From: a virus
Taxonomy: Duplodnaviria > Caudoviricetes
Direction: 5' to 3' (one strand)
Length of the DNA: 51,296 nt
IMG/VR virus record: IMGVR_UViG_3300044675_001281
Span: 1-51,296 of that record
Part shown: in pieces, positions 7,571 through 17,181 of the stretch
Layout: the number at the start of each line of letters is the position of its first letter
Position numbering within the stretch: position 1 is the first letter of the stretch
Made by a program: the position numbers and the translations under genes
The notes under the pieces: model-generated
Databases searched by the model: none
The model's input: only the letters and a program-made list of their open reading frames with translations
What the model was told of the DNA's origin: nothing

Positions 7571-8767
7571 ATGTCTAACTCGATTTTAACAATCGACATG
7601 ATTACTCGCAAGGCTCTTGAGATCCTTGAGAATAGTCTTGTCCTCACGCGCACTGTAAACCGTCAGTATGACGACTCTTTCGCTGTAGAAGGCGCTAAGA
7701 TCGGCTCGACCCTTCGCATCCGTCTTCCTGACCGCGCATTGGTCACGGACGGCGCTGCCCTTCAGGTTCAGGACGACAACGAGCAATACACCACGCTCAC
7801 TGTTTCCAGCCAGAAGCACATCGGCGTGAACTTCACGACCGCCGAACTCACGATGCAGTTGGACGACTTCGCTGAACGTGTTCTGAAGCCTCGTATTTCG
7901 CAGCTCGCGTCTTCTATCGACGCCGACGTTGCAAACAGCTTCAAATACATCGGCAACTCGGTCGGCACCCCAGGCACCACGCCTGCTACGTCGCTCGTTT
8001 TGTTGCAAGCTCAACAGAAGCTCAACGAGAACGCTGCGGTTATGAGCCCACGTTATGCCACTGTTAACCCAGCCGCTAACGCTGCGTTAATCGAAGGCAT
8101 GAAAGGTCTGTTCAACCCTGTTTCAGCTATCTCGAAGCAGTTCAAGAACGGCATGTTTGGTGAAGGCATCCTCGGCTACGACGAGCTGAATATGTCTCAG
8201 TCAATCAAGCAGTTCACGACCGGCTCACGCGCTGGCACCGTAACTGTCAATGCGACTGTCACGACCGAAGGTTCAACGACTGTTGTTCTGACGGGTCTTA
8301 CGACCACGACGATCAAAGCTGGCGACGTGTTCACCATCGCTGACGTGTATGCTGTCAACCCACAGACCCGTGAGTCAACCGGCTCGCTGTATCAGTTCGT
8401 AGCTCTTGCTGACGTTACGGCGTCAACGACTGCTTCGGTTACTGTTCCTGCGATGTATTCGGCTTCTCAGGCTCTTGCTACGGTTGACGCTCTGCCAGTA
8501 TCTGGCAAAGCGGTCACGTTCCTTGGCGCTGCCTCAACGCAGTATCCACAGAACTTGATCTATCATCGTGACGCGATCAGCTTCGCTACCGCCGATCTTC
8601 TGCTTCCGCAGGGTGTCGATATGGCAAGCCGTCAAGTCCACAATGGCATTTCGCTCCGCGTTGTTCGTCAGTATGACATCAACAATGATCGTCTGCCTTG
8701 CCGTATTGACGTGCTCTATGGCTACAGCGTGATTCGTCCGCAGATGGCCGTTCGCCTTTGGGGTTAA
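7571..8767 (+). CDS. Major capsid protein (P22 gp5 coat family)
   Basis: MSNSILTIDMITRKALEILEN...KIGSTLRIRLP...CRIDVLYG. 398 aa with strong codon bias. Confidence 0.92.
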   Translation: MSNSILTIDMITRKALEILENSLVLTRTVNRQYDDSFAVEGAKIGSTLRIRLPDRALVTDGAALQVQDDNEQYTTLTVSSQKHIGVNFTTAELTMQLDDFAERVLKPRISQLASSIDADVANSFKYIGNSVGTPGTTPATSLVLLQAQQKLNENAAVMSPRYATVNPAANAALIEGMKGLFNPVSAISKQFKNGMFGEGILGYDELNMSQSIKQFTTGSRAGTVTVNATVTTEGSTTVVLTGLTTTTIKAGDVFTIADVYAVNPQTRESTGSLYQFVALADVTASTTASVTVPAMYSASQALATVDALPVSGKAVTFLGAASTQYPQNLIYHRDAISFATADLLLPQGVDMASRQVHNGISLRVVRQYDINNDRLPCRIDVLYGYSVIRPQMAVRLWG

Positions 8768-8771
8768 GTAA

Positions 8772-8791
8772 AAGGGGGCTAAAGCCCCCTT
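8772..8791 (+). terminator. Stem-loop after major capsid gene
   Basis: AAGGGGGC-TAAA-GCCCCCTT, followed by a weak T-tract. Confidence 0.65.
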
Positions 8792-8817
8792 GTTCACCTA
8801 TTATTGGAGTTTAATCC

Positions 8818-9300
8818 ATGACTACAACTGCAAATGCGGCTTACCCGCTTGAGACGTTTGGCCCTTACGGCGCGCTTCCGAACGGCGAAGGTGGCTACCA
8901 GGTAGGTGACGGCAATCTGTCCGGCACCAATTTCATCAACACGCCAACCCCTGCGGCTATCCCCGCGGGCGCGGCTACGCTTACGGCTGCACAGGTCGTT
9001 GGTGGATTGATTCTTGGCAGCCCAGGCGCTTCAGCGGCAGCTTATACGCTTCCGACTGTTGCTAATCTTGAAGCCGAACTTATAGCGGTCGTTAAAGTTG
9101 GCGCAACCTTCGACTTCTCGATCATCAACGTCGATGGTTCCAGCTCTGGCGTTATCACTGTGACGACAAACACGGGTTGGTCAATCGGCACTTCTGGCAG
9201 TCAGGGTCTGATGACCATTGCGGCTGTTGCTGGAACGACACAGCGCTATCGCGCTCGTAAGACCAGTGCTACCACTTGGGCGCTTTACCGCATCTCGTAA
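8818..9300 (+). CDS. Putative capsid decoration/minor head protein
   Basis: 160 aa directly after the coat gene, GGAG RBS, AYTLPT motif, G/T/A-rich. Confidence 0.6.
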   Translation: MTTTANAAYPLETFGPYGALPNGEGGYQVGDGNLSGTNFINTPTPAAIPAGAATLTAAQVVGGLILGSPGASAAAYTLPTVANLEAELIAVVKVGATFDFSIINVDGSSSGVITVTTNTGWSIGTSGSQGLMTIAAVAGTTQRYRARKTSATTWALYRIS

Positions 9301-9315
9301 TAAAGGATAAAGGCA

Positions 9316-9663
9316 ATGCCAAACACAAAACCTGTAGGTGTTGCCTTTTCTGATCCCGAACTCGTAAGTGGCACAACCATTACGGGCGCGACGATCAGCG
9401 GAGGCACTATCTCGGCTCCTACGATTACCGGCGCGACTCTGACGACAGCTACTGTCTCAGGCACGTTTACCTCGACGGCTACTACCGGCCCTGTTGTTGC
9501 TAACGCAACGGCTGGTCTGTATTTCCTGACTACTGCTATTACGGCTGGAACGACCACCACGACTGCCCCTGCGGGATCGTTGGCAACAACGACTAACGCT
9601 ACGGGCGCTGGTAAACTGTTCACGTCAGTTGCGGGTAAATGGGAATTTCCAGTTCTCACCTAA
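9316..9663 (+). CDS. Thr-rich putative virion protein
   Basis: 115 aa with a pentapeptide-like run (GTTIT GATIS GGTIS APTIT GATLT). Confidence 0.6.
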   Translation: MPNTKPVGVAFSDPELVSGTTITGATISGGTISAPTITGATLTTATVSGTFTSTATTGPVVANATAGLYFLTTAITAGTTTTTAPAGSLATTTNATGAGKLFTSVAGKWEFPVLT

Positions 9664-9671
9664 TTAAAATC

Positions 9672-9689
9672 GGCGGGCTACGGCCCGCC
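9672..9689 (+). terminator. GC-rich hairpin with C(UACG)G tetraloop
   Basis: GGCGGGC-TACG-GCCCGCC directly after the stop at 9663, flanked by AT-rich sequence. Confidence 0.6.
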
Positions 9690-9708
9690 AATTAATAGAA
9701 AGCTACAT

Positions 9709-9912
9709 ATGGCTGTTATTTATTTGAAACACCCCGAACATGGGGTTAAAGTGGCGTGTCTCGACCTAGAGGCCGAAGCCGATATTGAGAACGGCTGGGA
9801 GAGGTTCGACCCAAATGACGACATATTCGTGTTACGATCAGATCGTGGGAGCGTTGAGGCTCCTCGGAGTGTTAGCCGAAGGCGAAACGCCCTCGTCAGA
9901 GACAGCGAATGA
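9709..9912 (+). CDS. Small hypothetical protein
   Basis: IYLKHPEHGVKVA...EAEADIENGWERF. The 3' half overlaps the next gene. Confidence 0.55.
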   Translation: MAVIYLKHPEHGVKVACLDLEAEADIENGWERFDPNDDIFVLRSDRGSVEAPRSVSRRRNALVRDSE

Positions 9913-10531
9913 CGCGCTATTTGCTCTGAATCAAATGATCGACAGTTGGAATACCGAACGACTGTCGGTGTTCTCAACTCAGGATCAGACCTTTCTTTGG
10001 CCCGCAGGCGAGAAAAACCGCACGCTAGGCCCGACCGGCGACTTCGTGGGCGAGCGCCCTGTATTGCTGGACGACTCTACCTACTTCCGCGACCCGCAGA
10101 CCAACGTGTCTTACGGCATTAAATTTATCAATCAGCAACAATATAACGGCATTGCGGTTAAGACCGTAACGTCTACTTACCCACAGGTCATATTCACCAA
10201 TATGACCTACCCGAACATTGATATGGTCATCTATCCAGTCCCTTTAAGACTGTTAGAATGGCATTTCATTTCAGTAGAAAAGCTGTCGCAGCCTGCTAAT
10301 CTAGCAACGGCGATCCTTTTCCCGCCAGGGTATCTACGGGCGTTCCGTTACAATCTGGCTTGCGAGCTGGCCCCTGAGTTTGGCGTTGAGCCATCGCCTA
10401 CGGTCAGCCGGATCGCTATGTATAGCAAGCGCAATCTGAAGCGCATCAATAACCCTGACGACATCATGGCGCTGCCTTACAGCATTGTCGGCACACGTCA
10501 GCGCTATAACATCTATGCGGGCAACTACTGA
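9815..10531 (+). CDS. Head-to-tail adaptor, P22 gp4-like
   Basis: ATG at 9815 after GGAGAGG. ALRLLGVLAEGETPS...ALNQMIDSW and Y..A.RYNLA.ELAPEFG motifs. Lies before the gp10-like gene. Confidence 0.75.
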   Translation: MTTYSCYDQIVGALRLLGVLAEGETPSSETANDALFALNQMIDSWNTERLSVFSTQDQTFLWPAGEKNRTLGPTGDFVGERPVLLDDSTYFRDPQTNVSYGIKFINQQQYNGIAVKTVTSTYPQVIFTNMTYPNIDMVIYPVPLRLLEWHFISVEKLSQPANLATAILFPPGYLRAFRYNLACELAPEFGVEPSPTVSRIAMYSKRNLKRINNPDDIMALPYSIVGTRQRYNIYAGNY

Positions 10532-12312
10532 TGGTCGCAACGCCTATTCTTGGCTCTAGTTATGTCACCCGCAGTCCAAATGCGGCTGACAACCGTATGG
10601 TTAATCTATTCCCTGAAGTTGTGCCTGAAGGCGGTAAGCAGCCTGCGTGGCTACAACGCGCGCCAGGGCTGCGCTTTCTTCAGACGTTAGGCGCAGGGCC
10701 AGTCCGTGGGCTTTGGACGTTTACAAGCGACACAATAGACCCGGCTCCTGGCGAGTCAGCGACAACGGCGTATGGCTATGCGGTATCCGCAACGACGCTT
10801 TATCGGATTGATTCTGACTGGAACTATACCGCGATAGGAACAATTTCCGGCTCTAGCCAAGTCAATATGACCGACAACGGGCGGCAGATGTTTATCGCTG
10901 CCGGAACGAACGGATATATTTACAATAGCACGTATAAAGAACTTGCATTTAACACGACCAACACAAGCACGACTGTATCGGGCGGCGACACGACGTATCT
11001 TTACCCTGGTCAGCCTGTGTCAGGGACGGGCATACCTACAGGCGCGACGGTTGCGAGCGTTACAAACGGAACTGATTTTGTTTTATCAGCCGCTGCGACT
11101 GCCACCAATACAGGCGTCACTCTGACATTTAGCCCTTTTCTAACGCAGCTTTCGGCTCCTTTTGCAGGCGCTGTCGGATGCGGCTTTTTGGATGGTTGGT
11201 TTGTCTATAACCAACCAGACAGTCAGATTTTCTGGGTTTTGGATTCAACAAGCACGACTGTCGATCCGCTTTACTTCGCCAGCGCTGAAGGTTCGCCAGA
11301 CAATCTTGTCACGCTTATCGTAGACCATCGCGAAGTCTGGCTATTTGGCACAAACTCAGTCGAAGTCTGGTATGACGCCGGTTTGCCCGATTTTCCGTTA
11401 GCGCGTATCCAAGGCGCATTTAACGAAATAGGTTGTCTTGCGGCTTATTCAGTCGCCAAGCTCGACAACGGTCTGTTCTGGCTGGGCGCTGACGCGCGCG
11501 GTAACGGTATCGTCTACCGCTCTAAAGGTTATTCCGGCGAGCGCGTTTCGACTCATGCGGTCGAATGGCAAATCCAACAATATTCAACGCTGTCTGACGC
11601 TGTGGGCTACACCTATCAACAGGACGGCCATAGCTTCTATGTTCTTAACTTTCCTAACGCTAACACGACATGGGTTTATGACGTAGCGACAGGCGCTTGG
11701 CATGAGCGCGCTGGCTGGGAAAATAATGACTTTACCCGCACACGCGGGAATTGTCAGATGAACTTCAACAATGAGATCGTCATCGGCGACTACCGCACAG
11801 GCGAAATCTTTGCATATGACCCAACAATCTATTCAGAAGCAGGCACGACGCAAAAATGGCTACGCTCATGGCGTGCTCTGCCTACTGGCCAGAACGACCT
11901 AAATCGTTCGACGCAGCATAGTCTTCAGCTCGACTGTCAGGCAGGCGTCGGTCTTCCAGGCTACAGTCAGGAGGAAGTCAATGCTATTATTTATATTTAT
12001 GACCGCAATGATGATTTCATTCTTGACCGCTTTGGGTCTGCATTAAAGATCCGCGACTACGCTCAATACTCAGTTACGATTGGTGCAGATCCACAGGTCA
12101 TGCTGCGCTGGTCTGACGATGGCGGTCACACATGGTCAAATGAGCATTGGAAATCTATGGGTAAGATCGGTCAGACAGGCTACCGCACGATTTGGCGGCG
12201 TCTTGGCATGACACTCAAACTTCGCGATAGGGTCTACGAGATATCGGGCACTGACCCTGTTCAGATCGCCATCATGGGCGCTGAACTGCATGTGAGCCCG
12301 ACCAATGCCTAA
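10531..12312 (+). CDS. Packaged DNA stabilization/tail hub protein, P22 gp10-like
   Basis: FASAEGSPDNLV, RVSTHAVE, TWVYDVATGAWHER and LRWSDDGGHTWS motifs. Confidence 0.85.
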   Translation: MVATPILGSSYVTRSPNAADNRMVNLFPEVVPEGGKQPAWLQRAPGLRFLQTLGAGPVRGLWTFTSDTIDPAPGESATTAYGYAVSATTLYRIDSDWNYTAIGTISGSSQVNMTDNGRQMFIAAGTNGYIYNSTYKELAFNTTNTSTTVSGGDTTYLYPGQPVSGTGIPTGATVASVTNGTDFVLSAAATATNTGVTLTFSPFLTQLSAPFAGAVGCGFLDGWFVYNQPDSQIFWVLDSTSTTVDPLYFASAEGSPDNLVTLIVDHREVWLFGTNSVEVWYDAGLPDFPLARIQGAFNEIGCLAAYSVAKLDNGLFWLGADARGNGIVYRSKGYSGERVSTHAVEWQIQQYSTLSDAVGYTYQQDGHSFYVLNFPNANTTWVYDVATGAWHERAGWENNDFTRTRGNCQMNFNNEIVIGDYRTGEIFAYDPTIYSEAGTTQKWLRSWRALPTGQNDLNRSTQHSLQLDCQAGVGLPGYSQEEVNAIIYIYDRNDDFILDRFGSALKIRDYAQYSVTIGADPQVMLRWSDDGGHTWSNEHWKSMGKIGQTGYRTIWRRLGMTLKLRDRVYEISGTDPVQIAIMGAELHVSPTNA

Positions 12313-12913
12313 TCTAGTTGATAACAACACTCAGATCCCCGCCGCTCGCGTCAAAATGAACGATGATGCTACGGGATTCGTTAACCGCCCATGGTATCGT
12401 TGGTTTTTTAATACCTACCAAGCTCTTGAAGCTGGACGGCGGTATGGGTCGTTTTATAGCACAACGACTTTTACGCCTGCCGCAATTAACACGGCGTATG
12501 CAATAACTTTTAATAATACGTTTACACGCGCTGACGGTTCAGATGTAACATACGGTGTCTATGTTGGCACACCAACGTCGCGTATTTATGTAGACAATAC
12601 AGCTACTTATAATTTTCAGTTTTCGGCGCAGCTACAAAATATATCTGGGTCGGGGCATAGTGTTTTTATATGGCCACGCATTAACGGCATAAATGTTGAT
12701 GATTCTGCTACGCAAGTAACTTTAGGCGGCGGGTCTAACGCGGCGGCTGTTGCGGCGTGGAATTTCGTGCTAAACCTTCAGACCGGTGATTATTTTGAAC
12801 TTATATATTCGGTAGATAGCACAAACGTCAGAATACCTTATGTGGCTGCGTCTAGCCCCGTTCCCGCTATTCCTTCGGTCATCCTGACCGTTACAAGTTG
12901 TGTAGGTGTCTAA
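12305..12913 (+). CDS. Putative tail accessory protein
   Basis: N-terminal NRPWYRWF motif after the gp10-like gene, then a beta-rich domain (YNFQFSAQL, AAWNFVL). Confidence 0.6.
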   Translation: MPNLVDNNTQIPAARVKMNDDATGFVNRPWYRWFFNTYQALEAGRRYGSFYSTTTFTPAAINTAYAITFNNTFTRADGSDVTYGVYVGTPTSRIYVDNTATYNFQFSAQLQNISGSGHSVFIWPRINGINVDDSATQVTLGGGSNAAAVAAWNFVLNLQTGDYFELIYSVDSTNVRIPYVAASSPVPAIPSVILTVTSCVGV

Positions 12914-14074
12914 ATGGCTGTTGTATCGCCCACCGCTAAAGCTCAGTTTATTGACGCCGCAGGCATACCGCTGGCAGGCGGTTTTCTCTATACTTATGAA
13001 GCTGGCACGACCACGCCGCAGGCGACCTACACGGACTCAACCGCAGCGACGGCGAACAGCAATCCTATTGTGTTGGATTCGCGTGGCGAAGCTAATATCT
13101 GGTTATCGTCAGCTAACTATAAATTTAAACTGACAAACTCCGAAGGCACTGAGATTTGGACGGTCGATAATATTGCCGCGCCATCTACGGCGTTGTCGCC
13201 GGTCTTTTCCAGTAACGTCACCATTTCTGCCAATACTTCTGGCCCAGCGCTTCTTGTCACGCAAACGGGCGCAGGCGCGGCTATTAGAGTGCAAGACTCC
13301 GCGGATCCTGACTCATCGCCATTTGTTGTTGACACGACAGGTCAGGTAGGTATTGGCACCGCAACACCCGCAAACGCTATTGACGTAGCTGGCGGCGCTA
13401 TTCAGATCTCGACATCTGGCGGCGTATCCCGCACAGTTATGTCGGCGGATTCAACGGATTCTATATTCGATGTAAGTGACGACCGTAACTTTACGGTTAA
13501 GACTAACGCCGGAACGCGGCTTACTATTAACTCTAGCGGATCTACCTTTACTGGATCTGTTACGGCGACTAGCTTTACCGGCGCATGGGCGAATATACCG
13601 TCCGGCACGGCGATGTTGTTTGCTCAAACGACCGCTCCGACAGGCTGGACGAAATCAACAACGCACGACAACAAAGCGCTCCGCGTCGTATCTGGCGCAG
13701 CGTCGTCAGGCGGTTCGGTAGCTTTCACAACGGCTTTTGCGTCTCAAGCTGTCACTGGCACTGTTGCCAGCTATACGTTGACCGTGACTGATATCCCATT
13801 TCACAACCACAGCGCGTCAACTTCTGTGTCAGATAGCGGACATACTCATACATTCGGCGGCGTTATTACCCCTGGTGGTTCAGGTGGTCTTGCTGTTGGC
13901 GCTTCATATACTGGTAATACAACAGGCACTACAGGCACAGGAAATGCTAATTTGAGCGCATCAACTTCTATTGGCGGCACGGGCGGCAGCGGCGGTCACA
14001 GTCACGGCTTCAGCGCGCCAAGTATTAATCTTGCTGTTCAGTATGTAGACGTAATCATCGCAACGAAGAATTAA
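12914..14074 (+). CDS. Tail fibre/spike with head-binding-like N-terminus
   Basis: QFIDAAGIPLAGG.LYTYEAGTTTP..TY...NPIVLDSRGEA. Collar-like PSGTAMLFAQTTAPTGW and HxH repeats (HNH, HTH, HSH). Confidence 0.8.
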   Translation: MAVVSPTAKAQFIDAAGIPLAGGFLYTYEAGTTTPQATYTDSTAATANSNPIVLDSRGEANIWLSSANYKFKLTNSEGTEIWTVDNIAAPSTALSPVFSSNVTISANTSGPALLVTQTGAGAAIRVQDSADPDSSPFVVDTTGQVGIGTATPANAIDVAGGAIQISTSGGVSRTVMSADSTDSIFDVSDDRNFTVKTNAGTRLTINSSGSTFTGSVTATSFTGAWANIPSGTAMLFAQTTAPTGWTKSTTHDNKALRVVSGAASSGGSVAFTTAFASQAVTGTVASYTLTVTDIPFHNHSASTSVSDSGHTHTFGGVITPGGSGGLAVGASYTGNTTGTTGTGNANLSASTSIGGTGGSGGHSHGFSAPSINLAVQYVDVIIATKN

Positions 14075-14075
14075 C

Positions 14076-14342
14076 ATGGAACTGAAAAACGGAACTTTTT
14101 GCCCTTTGATTAAGAAAGACTGCGTGCAACTCAAATGCGCGTGGTTTACATTGTTACGGGGCACAAACCCCAACACGGGCAAAGAAGTAGACGAGTGGGT
14201 TTGCGCTGTGGCGGCGCTACCTATGCTTCAGATTGAAGTCGCCAAAGAAGTCCGTCAGGGCGCAGCGGCAACTGAGTCATTCCGTAATGAGGTCGTTGGC
14301 GTTGCACAGGCACCAACAGTTAGATTTTTAAGTAACTCATGA
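14076..14342 (+). CDS. Cys-rich small protein following tail fibre
   Basis: CPLIKKDC..LKCAW...C pattern and GAAATESFRNE. Confidence 0.6.
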   Translation: MELKNGTFCPLIKKDCVQLKCAWFTLLRGTNPNTGKEVDEWVCAVAALPMLQIEVAKEVRQGAAATESFRNEVVGVAQAPTVRFLSNS

Positions 14343-14356
14343 TATAAAGAGGCATT

Positions 14357-15598
14357 ATGGATCCGTTCACACTAGCCCTTTTAGGAAGCACCGCAGCAAG
14401 CGCGCTCAGTAGCGGGGCTGGCTATGCGGCTTCACAGCGTGCGGCAGGCACACAGGCGCAGGCCGCTCAAACGGGTGGCATGTTGGGTTATATCGCTCAA
14501 CAACAAGCGCTTGAGCAAGCGCGCCAGATGGCCGAGAAAGGCGCAGCGGCAAGCCGTGAATTTTATGATAAAGGCACTGGCGACGTAAGAGAGTTTTATG
14601 GCAAAGGCCGACAGGATTTAGAGGACTATTATGGTAGAGGCGCTGGGGCGCTAACAGATTATTATGGCCGTGGCCGCGCAGATATTTTAGGCCAAGCCCA
14701 ACAGGGCGAAGATATAGCCCGCCAATTTTACGGCCAAGGCGTAGCAGCTCAAGAGCCTTATACGACCACGGGCGCAGGCGCAATTAATCGTCTATCAGCA
14801 CTGTATGGACAGGGCGGCGAATATACACAACAGCCTACGTATGAACAACTTCAATTAGACCCTGCGTATGAATTTCTTAAACAACAGGGTCAACAATCTA
14901 TGCTCAATATGGCTCGCGCTGGCGGCACAGCGGGGTCAGGCGGCGCATTAAAAGCAGCCGAGCGTTTTGGTCAAGGTTTAGCAAGTCAAGAATATGGCAA
15001 TGCTTATAATCGTTTTATGGCTAATCGGTTAGCTGTTACCCAAGGGCTGCAAAATATTGCTGGCACAGGCGCAGGCGCGGCGGGGACAGTATCCCAACTT
15101 GCAGGAACTACAGGCAATCAATTAGCCGGTAATAGATTTACGACCGGCGCTAACCTCGGCCAAGCCGCGCTGACTACAGGCGGCAACATCGCTCAAGGTG
15201 CATTTAGCACCGGCGCTAATTTAGGACAGGCTGCAACGACGGCTGGAGCTAATCTCGGTAATCTAGCTTCTAATGCTGGCGGCACAATAGCAGGCGCGTA
15301 TACAGGGCTTGCAAGCCCTCAAATGACGGCTTTAGCGGCAGCTAATCCGTATGCGACCGGCATGGAGAACGCAGCGTCTGCCCGCGCTTCAGGTTACATG
15401 GGCGGCGCGTCAGCGCTTCAGAGCGCGCTTAACACGCCAGTTAACGCTATGATGGCATATGGCATGGCGGATCGTTTTGCGCCTCAAGGCAGATCTTCCA
15501 TATACGCTAACCAAGCAGGTTATTTAAACGGTATGCCATCTTATGCCGCTGGGTTTAGCCCTGGTTTTCAAGGCGCGCCAACAGCCTATAGGACTTAA
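14357..15598 (+). CDS. DNA ejection (pilot) protein, P22 gp7-like
   Basis: G/A/Q-rich. Hydrophobic N-terminus, DPAYEFL..QG and SGGALKA..RFGQGLASQEY motifs, and 11-aa repeats. Confidence 0.7.
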   Translation: MDPFTLALLGSTAASALSSGAGYAASQRAAGTQAQAAQTGGMLGYIAQQQALEQARQMAEKGAAASREFYDKGTGDVREFYGKGRQDLEDYYGRGAGALTDYYGRGRADILGQAQQGEDIARQFYGQGVAAQEPYTTTGAGAINRLSALYGQGGEYTQQPTYEQLQLDPAYEFLKQQGQQSMLNMARAGGTAGSGGALKAAERFGQGLASQEYGNAYNRFMANRLAVTQGLQNIAGTGAGAAGTVSQLAGTTGNQLAGNRFTTGANLGQAALTTGGNIAQGAFSTGANLGQAATTAGANLGNLASNAGGTIAGAYTGLASPQMTALAAANPYATGMENAASARASGYMGGASALQSALNTPVNAMMAYGMADRFAPQGRSSIYANQAGYLNGMPSYAAGFSPGFQGAPTAYRT

Positions 15599-15600
15599 AT

Positions 15601-17181
15601 ATGCCAGTTGATTACACAATAGCTTCGCGCAACGCTCTAGCGAACACGCCCACTGACTTTACGAACATGCTGGCGCAATACCAGATGATGGGCGCTCGCG
15701 CTCAACAGCAACAGCTTCAACAGCTTGAATATGAGAAGTTGCAGCGTGAGATGGAGCGTCAAAATCAATTAACTGGCATATTAGGCGGCGCGGACATTAG
15801 ATCGCCCGCAGCCTATAATGCGTTAGCAAAAGCTGGTTATTTACCTGAAGCATTAAGCGTTCTGAGCGCGCAAGAACAAGCTGCTATGCACGCTGCTACG
15901 GCTGCAAATCAACGCGGGATGTTAGGTATTAGACAACAAATGTTGCCATACGAAATGGCAGAAAAAGAAGCCCAAGGCATTAAAGAACAGAGATTAGGTA
16001 AAGAAGCTTTAGCAAAAGCTGACTCTGCGATGTTAGACCTTGTAACTAAAAGAACTGGGATAGCGCGCGATTTGTTATCTAATATGGATGAAAATAATTA
16101 CGCGGATTTAAAAGAAGAAGTACGAAGATACGATCCAAAAATAGCGGAACATTTACCTGAAAACTTTGACCAAAAACAAATTCAAAAATACCTTAACACA
16201 GCGGACTCATATCGTAAACAAATTGAAGAAGAACAAAAACGTCGTGGTGAAATTGAATATGTAGACCGCGTAAATCCAAAAACAGGGTTTAAAGAAAAAG
16301 TCGCTATTCGTAAATATGCACCTGAAGAAGGTGGCAAAGTTGTTCCTGGCACTGAAGGATTGGCTACTGGTGGGCGCATTCATAGCCAACCAATGCCAGG
16401 AGTTCCTGGCGCGGTACTTCAAAGTAATGAAGACACTGGCGAGAATTGGCTAACATATCCCGCGCAGCCTGGAGAACGACCTGTTACGACGGGTGTTCCT
16501 ATTACGCCTACGCCAGGACAACTTAAACCAGATCTTCGCGTAGACATGACCGCGCCTCCAGGCGCGCCAAGAAACGCAGGTTTAACAGGCATTCGAGCTG
16601 CCGCGCCTTTAGGTTCACCTGAACGTGGTCGTCAAGATGTGATGCAACAGATCTTAACTGCCGGTGCATATAACCCCGACACGGGCGTGGATCTTATTGA
16701 GCCTGTATTAGGACGCGCGTCTAGCGGTATGTTAAGCGCAAAAGGAACTGATATTGCGCGTAAATTTGGCCGCGATAGCGCGGCAGCGCGAGCTGATACA
16801 GATCTTAAGCGTATCTCGGCTGACCTTACGCAAGCTTTTGCGGGTAATAGACTTGCAACAGCCGGCGTGGCGGCGTCTGAAGCAGATCGTTTTGAAAAGC
16901 AAGCCGGTGATATTGGCAATTCCGATTTGACTATCGGCGAGCGTTTAAATGCTTATCGTAGCATTAAACGAAATGCTACACGTTTATTAGGCGTAGAGTA
17001 TAAGAACCCGTATGATCCGCAAGGTATTAGAACTGAAGGTGTCATGCGTCAGCGTGTCGAAGAATCACCAAATGGATTTACCGTAACAGATCCTACTGGT
17101 TCAGCACATACTTTCAGTGATCGCAAACAAGCAACTGAATTTTTAACTTATATCCAGCGCATGGAAGTAGGAAAACGATAA
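15601..17181 (+). CDS. Putative DNA ejection protein (gp20-like by position)
   Basis: 526 aa, helical with a Q-rich N-terminus. Lies between the gp7-like and gp16-like genes. Confidence 0.55.
   Translation: MPVDYTIASRNALANTPTDFTNMLAQYQMMGARAQQQQLQQLEYEKLQREMERQNQLTGILGGADIRSPAAYNALAKAGYLPEALSVLSAQEQAAMHAATAANQRGMLGIRQQMLPYEMAEKEAQGIKEQRLGKEALAKADSAMLDLVTKRTGIARDLLSNMDENNYADLKEEVRRYDPKIAEHLPENFDQKQIQKYLNTADSYRKQIEEEQKRRGEIEYVDRVNPKTGFKEKVAIRKYAPEEGGKVVPGTEGLATGGRIHSQPMPGVPGAVLQSNEDTGENWLTYPAQPGERPVTTGVPITPTPGQLKPDLRVDMTAPPGAPRNAGLTGIRAAAPLGSPERGRQDVMQQILTAGAYNPDTGVDLIEPVLGRASSGMLSAKGTDIARKFGRDSAAARADTDLKRISADLTQAFAGNRLATAGVAASEADRFEKQAGDIGNSDLTIGERLNAYRSIKRNATRLLGVEYKNPYDPQGIRTEGVMRQRVEESPNGFTVTDPTGSAHTFSDRKQATEFLTYIQRMEVGKR

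Larger units (their letters stand above)
6155..13616 (+). repeat. 7,462-bp direct repeat, copy 1 (copy 2 at 43835-51296)
   Basis: All ORF translations are identical at offset 37,680. The last mismatch upstream is 6154 C vs 43834 T. Confidence 0.95.

Noticed and set aside
8740-8820. Programmed frameshift/readthrough extending the capsid protein
   Set aside because: No clear slippery heptamer. The TAA is followed by a hairpin, and the next gene has its own RBS.
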